A stretch of DNA of 64,000 nt from a virus. The notes beneath the pieces are model-generated. The model was not told where the DNA came from. It did no database searches and worked only from the letters and a program-made list of their open reading frames with translations. Below, piece by piece: positions 58,150-64,000 of this stretch. The translations under genes were made by a program, and so were the position numbers. The DNA lies in the IMG/VR virus record IMGVR_UViG_3300028197_001229, positions 1-64,000 of that record. The stretch is one strand, 5' to 3'. Numbering within the stretch: position 1 is the stretch's first letter; each line of letters opens with the position of its first letter.

Positions 58150-59653
58150 GAAACATATACCGCAACAACCTAAGGCACCCTTGATACGGTCTGCCTCAGA
58201 TAACTACAACCCAAAATATAAGGGTAAATCGGGCAAGCATGGCAAGCCCGAACATATGGGTAGTTCGTTGCCAAACAATAAATCAAAAAAAGAAATGAAT
58301 GAACAAGATGCAAGCCATAACGACTCCGCAGAACGTAAAGAAAAAGCCGATTCTGCTTTTTCAGAAAACCCCAACACTGTTGTCAGTGCTTCCCCTAAAG
58401 ATACTCCAAAAGATAAGGGATTCAGCGATGATGATAAGTATATGGAGTGGAAGGGCAAAAGAGTATTGCGTGACCAGTCATCCTACCAAGCAGATTCTGA
58501 AGAGAAAAAGCCTGAAGAGAAAAAGCCTGAAGAGAAAAAGCCTGAAGAGAAAAAGCCTGAAGAGAAAAAGCCTGAAGAGAAAAAGCCTGGTTCAGAGGAT
58601 ACGGCTAAGCTGACACGGGTTTTGGCACGAGAAGCTTTGGACACGTGGGTACAGACGAAGAAGCATCAAAAAAATACTACTAACTCAGTTGTTGGCTCGT
58701 TTTCTTACATATTAGGTATAAGTTCATTAGTCGTGGCTGGCTGTGCAGCTTTCTTTAGCGTAAAAGGTATAGCTCTGTTGTTTGCTGGATCATTTGTTGC
58801 TGTGAGTATAATGGCAGCAGGCTTAGAAGTAGCTAAGCTAGTGGCCGCAAGTTACTTATACCGGTACTGGCGTAGTACACCAACACTACTTCGGTGCTAT
58901 ATGTTTTCTGCTATAGGTATATTAATTGGCATAACATCTTTAGGTATATTCGGTTTTTTAAGCGATGCATTTGAGACCACAAAGACTAGGATAGATATTT
59001 ACGAGACTCAGATTGAAAACTTAGTTACTGAAAATCAAACTATAACTATTCAAATTGAAGAGCATCAATCGGCCGAAACCATTGCAAGCTCTAGATCTGA
59101 ATCTGCAATTACTGACTACAAAGATATTTATGACTCTTTTGTATCGAGGAAGGGTACATCCAAAGGTCAGTATATAGATAGACTTTCAGCTTTAGACCAA
59201 GTAGTTTACGAGTTAGAAAATTCTCCTGGTGGGTTGTTTAGTAGTAAAAAGACTAAACTAAAAAACTTGAATATAGAACAAGCCGATGAAAGACAATCAC
59301 TAGCTATAGCTATAGCCAAGATTGATACAGACATAGAAACTGAATATAAATCTTTTCTAACTAAAGTTGAGAGTTACAAGGAGGAAAGTAGAAAGCTTGA
59401 CTCTAGGGTAGACACGGCACCGCTATACGACGTTATAGCTAAGAACAATGACAGTATCTTAGTTTTAAAAGAACAAATAGCTAATACGGACATTGGTAGC
59501 TTTAAATTTATTGCACGAGCTTTTGACACTGAATTAGACAGTGTTGTTAAGTATTTTATATTAATAATAGTTTTAGTATTTGATCCACTCGCTGTTACAT
59601 TAGTTCTAGCTTATAACGTTACATTGGTTAACAAGCAGGATTCATCGGTATGA
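58112..59653 (+). CDS. Membrane coiled-coil protein (DUF4407-like) with a disordered repeat N-terminus; start uncertain (GTG 58139 or ATG 58256/58295)
   Basis: TM cluster AFFSVKGIALLFAG...LEVAKLVAASYLYRYW...ITSLGIFGFLS, then a coiled coil and C-terminal TM IIVLVFDPLAV. Confidence 0.7.
   Translation: MYSKCTIKLVVNKKHIPQQPKAPLIRSASDNYNPKYKGKSGKHGKPEHMGSSLPNNKSKKEMNEQDASHNDSAERKEKADSAFSENPNTVVSASPKDTPKDKGFSDDDKYMEWKGKRVLRDQSSYQADSEEKKPEEKKPEEKKPEEKKPEEKKPEEKKPGSEDTAKLTRVLAREALDTWVQTKKHQKNTTNSVVGSFSYILGISSLVVAGCAAFFSVKGIALLFAGSFVAVSIMAAGLEVAKLVAASYLYRYWRSTPTLLRCYMFSAIGILIGITSLGIFGFLSDAFETTKTRIDIYETQIENLVTENQTITIQIEEHQSAETIASSRSESAITDYKDIYDSFVSRKGTSKGQYIDRLSALDQVVYELENSPGGLFSSKKTKLKNLNIEQADERQSLAIAIAKIDTDIETEYKSFLTKVESYKEESRKLDSRVDTAPLYDVIAKNNDSILVLKEQIANTDIGSFKFIARAFDTELDSVVKYFILIIVLVFDPLAVTLVLAYNVTLVNKQDSSV
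58499..58588 (+). repeat. Perfect 15-bp tandem repeat x6 (EEKKP)
   Basis: gaagagaaaaagcct repeated six times without mismatch. Confidence 0.95.
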
Positions 59654-60141
59654 ATTTAAGTTTTAGGGAACTACTACAAAATAGTGAGATTTGGTCGGAG
59701 GCTATATCTCTTTTGCAGACAAAGTATGCTAATGAGGGTTTTTCTGGTGAAACTATTTCTAGTGATGAGATACAACACACTTACATAAAGGTTATTATGA
59801 AGCTGTTGTCCCTACCATGCAACATAGAGGATTACTCTATCTATCTAACATTTATACCAAAAGATAGTTTCAACGAAAGCGAGTACATAGATGTTTCGGT
59901 TGTAGATGAAATCACTGGTATTAATGAAGATTTTAATTCTTTAAATTGGTCTCGCCTTGTTGACTTACCCATAACGCTAGATGAAAATATAGCACATTTG
60001 GATGATTCAGAATTATTGTGTGAGCTACTATGGGAACTTACTGTATGGGGTTTTAGCGAAGACATGTCGGTCTTTTCAGAAAAAGATAAGTTTACTACAT
60101 TTGTGTCTGGTTTTTTAAGAAAAGATTTAGATCGTAATTAA
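59650..60141 (+). CDS. Acidic hypothetical protein (DUF6557-like)
   Basis: WSRLVDLPI...LLCELLWELTVWGFSE pattern; family recalled from memory. Confidence 0.5.
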   Translation: MNLSFRELLQNSEIWSEAISLLQTKYANEGFSGETISSDEIQHTYIKVIMKLLSLPCNIEDYSIYLTFIPKDSFNESEYIDVSVVDEITGINEDFNSLNWSRLVDLPITLDENIAHLDDSELLCELLWELTVWGFSEDMSVFSEKDKFTTFVSGFLRKDLDRN

Positions 60142-60183
60142 TTATTGCTAGGTTTAAGTAAATTCTTTATAGTTCTAACCATT

Positions 60184-60534
60184 ATGAGTAGTAGTAACAT
60201 TAAAGACATCGCTAAATCAGTAGTTAAAAACTTAATAGAAAAACCGGCTGCTATCGATAAGCAAATCGGTGCAGAGTCTTCTACAGATCTGTTTGGTTCC
60301 GATGCAAAACCCGAACCAGCTTCTAAAGATTATTCAAACGTAGATTTATTTGGTAATGTTTCTGACCAAGCTGAAGAAGATCGTTCTGACTCGGCTTTAC
60401 CTGAAAAAGTTGAAAATACTAATTCTGGTAACGAGGAATCCGAATCTAGTGCAGATTTAAACCAAGGTTATCAAGCATCTAGCGATAAGGCTGATAATAT
60501 GTATACTGGTAGTGGTAGTGGTCCCAAGATATAA
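60184..60534 (+). CDS. Low-complexity acidic protein
   Basis: I prefer ATG 60184 over the track's TTG 60145. DLFG occurs twice; TAATG overlap with the next gene. Confidence 0.55.
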   Translation: MSSSNIKDIAKSVVKNLIEKPAAIDKQIGAESSTDLFGSDAKPEPASKDYSNVDLFGNVSDQAEEDRSDSALPEKVENTNSGNEESESSADLNQGYQASSDKADNMYTGSGSGPKI

Positions 60535-61304
60535 TGCCAAGTATAGAACAGACTGCAGCTAATCGCTTAACAGATAAAGGCGATGTGGCTAATTCTAAAG
60601 CTAACCAGTTTGGTTATTGGCTCCGTGGTAAAGTATTACCTAACTTAAAGTTTTTACACGACTCAACCAACGACAACAAATACATGCCTGGATGGGCAAG
60701 TGCTGGTATTACTGGCAGCGTACTTGGAGCTGGACTGGGTGGTCTGGCTGGTATGTTTACGGGTAGTCCAGGCAGAGGTGCTCTACTAGGTGCTGGCATA
60801 GGTGGTTTGGGAATGGGTGCGTTAGGATTTATGCGTAACAATCCTGAATGGGCACAAGACATGGGCATGGCATTACGTAGAGGTGAGAAAGCCGAATCCT
60901 ATGACGCTAAGAATCCACTCAGTGACCTTACTCCTGAAGAACAGGCCGAGGATTTACTAACTTTAAACAAACAATCTATGCACAAGATTGCTTACGGTCT
61001 TAATAGCTCTGGTGACGATGTCATACGTAAACTATATAGAGACACAGAATTAACATTGAGACAGAAACAAGAGCTAACAAATCAAGTTGGAAACTTGAAT
61101 GCTAACGAGCTACAACGCTTGAATCAAATGATTAGAGGTGCTGTTGGTGGCGGTGTAGGTTTTGTTGTTGCTAAGTATCTATTAGGTTTAGGTAAGTTTG
61201 GTACTGTACTAACTACTATTGTGTCAGGACTTGCGAGTGCTAGGTTCGGTTCTCCCACACCATCCCGCCCTACTGATAGTCTGGGACGACCTTACTATAT
61301 GTAA
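60534..61304 (+). CDS. Glycine-zipper protein
   Basis: GSVLGAGLGGLAG...GALLGAGIGGLGMG and GAVGGGVG segments; HKIAY. Confidence 0.65.
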   Translation: MPSIEQTAANRLTDKGDVANSKANQFGYWLRGKVLPNLKFLHDSTNDNKYMPGWASAGITGSVLGAGLGGLAGMFTGSPGRGALLGAGIGGLGMGALGFMRNNPEWAQDMGMALRRGEKAESYDAKNPLSDLTPEEQAEDLLTLNKQSMHKIAYGLNSSGDDVIRKLYRDTELTLRQKQELTNQVGNLNANELQRLNQMIRGAVGGGVGFVVAKYLLGLGKFGTVLTTIVSGLASARFGSPTPSRPTDSLGRPYYM

Positions 61305-61306
61305 TT

Positions 61307-61900
61307 ATGTCAACTTCAGTTAAAAAGCAAAAAGGTGGTTCGGTCAAAGATGACAGTTCTTGGTTTGGTAGGTACATTGCACAGAAGACATTAAGGCAGG
61401 CTGCTAGGAACAATGCTCCAAACTCTGGATTAACTGCTGGTTTAGCCGCATTATCCGCACCCGCACTCGGCCCTGGTGCTTACGCTTTAAACGAAGTTAC
61501 TCAGAATAAAATGACATTACCTAACCCTAAGGAGGGTTACAAAAATCTGACAGATGCAGAGCGAGATATACTTGAACGTAGTTGGCCTGATCAATTGTTA
61601 TCTGGTTTAAAACAGTCAGCAGGTTGGGGACTCGCATCTGGTTTGGCAGGAGGTCTGGCAAATGCTGGAATTTCAAAATTTAAAGGAGAGGATATAGATT
61701 TGTCTGATCTCGCTTTATGGGCAGCAGTTTCGGGAGGTGTAGGTGGTGCTGCTCCAATTGGATCAGCTGTTGTAAATAAATTCTTATTAGAAAAACTTAC
61801 TACAAAATCCGATCGTAATACTGCAAAGAAAACAGTTTCTAATCACCCAGGAAAAACAGCACTTCCCTTTGGGGATGCAATAGGAGCAATTAATAGATGA
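61307..61900 (+). CDS. Glycine-zipper protein
   Basis: GWGLASGLAGGLANAG and AAVSGGVGGAA segments. Confidence 0.65.
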   Translation: MSTSVKKQKGGSVKDDSSWFGRYIAQKTLRQAARNNAPNSGLTAGLAALSAPALGPGAYALNEVTQNKMTLPNPKEGYKNLTDAERDILERSWPDQLLSGLKQSAGWGLASGLAGGLANAGISKFKGEDIDLSDLALWAAVSGGVGGAAPIGSAVVNKFLLEKLTTKSDRNTAKKTVSNHPGKTALPFGDAIGAINR

Positions 61901-62463
61901 ATATAGAAAAACAAATAGGAAAAGACTTAGGGATATTCTACGGTGCTAAAGAGGCTGGTGTACATCCAGAGCATGCATACAAATCAATTGGTGCAACTGA
62001 TGCCCATGAGTTAAGTTTTAGAAAAAGAGCACATAAAACTGTAATGACTTCTATTCATAGGCTAATGACTAACGAAGGTCATGGTCACACCAAAGCAGCT
62101 CAGTTTGTAGCAGCAATATCTAACGTTGAGTGGGATCATGATCCTTTCGTGGAAAAAGCTAGTAATTTGATGTATGATACTATACACCAATCTACCAACG
62201 ATTTTATAAGATCATGTGGTTCAAATGTTTTATCAAAAACAGCAAGTGCACCACTTCTTGCTTCTGGCAGCCAAGGTTTGTTGTGGCTTCTCGGAACTTT
62301 TTCAGCTTTGGGCGGAGCAGGAGCAGGAGCACTAACTTGGAAAGCTAACCGTGACATAGATGAGGATCGCGCTGACAATGAAGCAATGAAACGAAAGCGT
62401 GATTACTATAAAAAACTAACTGGAGATATTCAGTCAAAACTTAATAAAAACTACGATGTCTGA
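61897..62463 (+). CDS. K-x-A / glycine-rich hydrophobic protein
   Basis: KEAG, KAAQ and KTAS, followed by LLWLLGTFSALGGAGAGAL. Confidence 0.65.
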   Translation: MNIEKQIGKDLGIFYGAKEAGVHPEHAYKSIGATDAHELSFRKRAHKTVMTSIHRLMTNEGHGHTKAAQFVAAISNVEWDHDPFVEKASNLMYDTIHQSTNDFIRSCGSNVLSKTASAPLLASGSQGLLWLLGTFSALGGAGAGALTWKANRDIDEDRADNEAMKRKRDYYKKLTGDIQSKLNKNYDV

Positions 62464-62824
62464 GGTAAATTTAGAAGAAATTTTAGCAAAGTCTTTAGCT
62501 GAAAACAACTTGATGTCTATGATGTCCACTAAAGAAGTTAACCTGGATGGTAAGTCTGTCTGGGACGAGCAAGCTTCTGTTGAAGGTCAGGCTAATAGGT
62601 CTGATGCTTGGAAGATTGAAGATGTCACGACTCGTGTGTACGACATGTCTAACAGTAAAGATGCTAAAGCATATCAGCAACTACTTACAGACAGTTATAA
62701 AGAAGATCCCCTTAGGGTAATTATAGAGCAAGAAAGAAAGTTTTGTTCTGAATTATCCAATTGGAAAATTTTTGTAATTAGTGCAAACTTATCTTATAAA
62801 AAATTAACTGGTGTTCCAAAATGA
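62456..62824 (+). CDS. Hypothetical protein
   Basis: 122 aa, overlaps both neighbours. Confidence 0.65.
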   Translation: MSEVNLEEILAKSLAENNLMSMMSTKEVNLDGKSVWDEQASVEGQANRSDAWKIEDVTTRVYDMSNSKDAKAYQQLLTDSYKEDPLRVIIEQERKFCSELSNWKIFVISANLSYKKLTGVPK

Positions 62825-64000
62825 ATAAAAAATCTAATTTAGATCTAGAATCTATCGCTAAGTGGGGATTGGGTGGTGCAGCTGGCGGAGCTGGTTTATC
62901 TGCATTGTACCACTACATAAGGGATTACAAAAGATTACAAGAGGAAGAAACTGATAGTAGTTCAGACGATGATGTATTGTACATACAGGGTAAGAAACGA
63001 GAAGCTGGAGAGAAAGCTGCTAGTACACCTATAGACAATTCGGGTGTCGGTAAATTTTTAAAGCTAACAGCAGGAGCAGGTGGCCTTGTAGCAGGCTATA
63101 AAGGTGTTGCTAAGCTATATGACATTATTCGTGAAAAAAGCCTTCAAAAAGAATTAGATAATGCTCAATTCGCTTACGTTGACGCTCTTGAATCTAAACG
63201 CGAAAAAGAAAACAAGAAATATGCTTCTATAAATAAAGAGGCTATATTAAGTGACACCAAGGCAGGTATATATACATCCATGCTTTTGCTGGCTCTGGCT
63301 AGTGGTGTAGTATCTTACAAAACGCTTGATAAATCTTTCCCAGGACGTAAAGATTCAGATAAAGTTCGTGGTAAGAACAGACCTGTAGGTGGTAGGACTA
63401 TTAAGAGTAGGAGATCAGAACATTTTCCAGAGGAAATAAAAGTTTTAGATGAACAAGGTCAAGTAACCGAAAGTATTGACACTACTTCTAACCCTGATGC
63501 TGACGCTATAGAGGGTATGATACGTACTACCAGTTCTGATCCAAAAATTAGTAAAGAGGCAGGATTTGACGATTTAATAGCGGCTGTAGCTGATGGTAGG
63601 ACTAATGAGATAAAAGAAAACTTACAGTATGGTATAAACCATACCTTTAATACTATAAAGGGTGCTTCTTATAAAAACCCATCTCCAGCAAAAGAATCAT
63701 TTGCTATAGGCTTGTTAGCTAGAGACCCAATGTTTAAAGAAGCTTTTCTTCCATTATTTGCATCTGAGTTTAGAGAGATGAGCCCGCATATATTTCACTC
63801 GGCTTCAGTTATGAATAAAGAAGCACAAGATGTTTTATGTAAGGTAGCTTCAAGTTATGCTCAAGCATTTAGATCCGAAAGAATATCTGCAGATAAAAAA
63901 TTAGTATCAATACTAAAGAACGCATCTACTCAAGAGAAACAAGCTGCAGCATTTCTCGGTGGCCCTTTAGCTCTAGAAGAAGTTCTTGATGAAGGTACTA
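62821..64000 (+). CDS. K-x-A-rich glycine-zipper protein, 3'-truncated (absent from the ORF track)
   Basis: My translation reads MNKKSNLDLESIAKWGLGGAAGGAGLSAL... and stays open to the window end. Contains KAAS, KYAS, KEAI, KEAG, KGAS, KEAF, KEAQ, KVAS, KNAS and KQAA. Confidence 0.75.
   Translation, partial: MNKKSNLDLESIAKWGLGGAAGGAGLSALYHYIRDYKRLQEEETDSSSDDDVLYIQGKKREAGEKAASTPIDNSGVGKFLKLTAGAGGLVAGYKGVAKLYDIIREKSLQKELDNAQFAYVDALESKREKENKKYASINKEAILSDTKAGIYTSMLLLALASGVVSYKTLDKSFPGRKDSDKVRGKNRPVGGRTIKSRRSEHFPEEIKVLDEQGQVTESIDTTSNPDADAIEGMIRTTSSDPKISKEAGFDDLIAAVADGRTNEIKENLQYGINHTFNTIKGASYKNPSPAKESFAIGLLARDPMFKEAFLPLFASEFREMSPHIFHSASVMNKEAQDVLCKVASSYAQAFRSERISADKKLVSILKNASTQEKQAAAFLGGPLALEEVLDEGT

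Noticed and set aside
58499-58588. Tandem repeat as a CRISPR array or iteron
   Set aside because: It has no spacers and is an in-frame coding repeat.
1-64000. CRISPR array or short-period (GGY-NN) guide array to accompany the RAMP gene
   Set aside because: I read the intergenic gaps (each ~120 bp or less) and found no repeat-spacer or 5-nt periodic pattern. GGT-rich tracts at 9.8, 12.7-13.7 and 57.9 kb have codon periodicity and encode Gly. A degenerate array could be missed by eye.
1-64000. Stop-codon reassignment (alternative genetic code)
   Set aside because: Genes are full length under code 11, and TAA, TAG and TGA all end genes at tight junctions.

Overview
This 64 kb window is AT-rich, almost fully coding and nearly all on the + strand. 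It comes from a large, probably contractile-tailed dsDNA phage. The order is: (1) tail/baseplate module at ~1-24.4 kb, with a Gp5/GpV-like spike, a chaperone pair joined by a -1 frameshift signal, tape measure, hub, a Cys-rich repeat fibre plus CxxC proteins, a sigma70-family factor, gp25-like and J-like baseplate proteins; (2) an inverted, degenerate primase/DUF927-like gene, K-x-A-rich and glycine-zipper proteins, and an inverted terminase large subunit at 24.4-31.4 kb; (3) a replication/recombination block at 31.4-52 kb with SbcD, SbcC, a solitary Cas7/Csm3-like RAMP protein, SF2 helicase, DnaB-like helicase, wHTH initiator, primase, UDG-fused family A polymerase, probable SSB, RecA and RecQ; (4) small genes, an XRE regulator, a probable portal and more glycine-zipper/K-x-A proteins at 52-64 kb. 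The strongest leads are the orphan RAMP gene coupled to nuclease/helicase genes with no CRISPR array in view, the K-x-A motif and glycine-zipper protein set, a possible phage disulfide-formation module beside the Cys-rich fibre, and a 17-bp intergenic motif with one copy pointing antisense into the terminase. All calls come from motif reading by eye; no database searches were run. I saw no tRNA, rRNA or CRISPR array.
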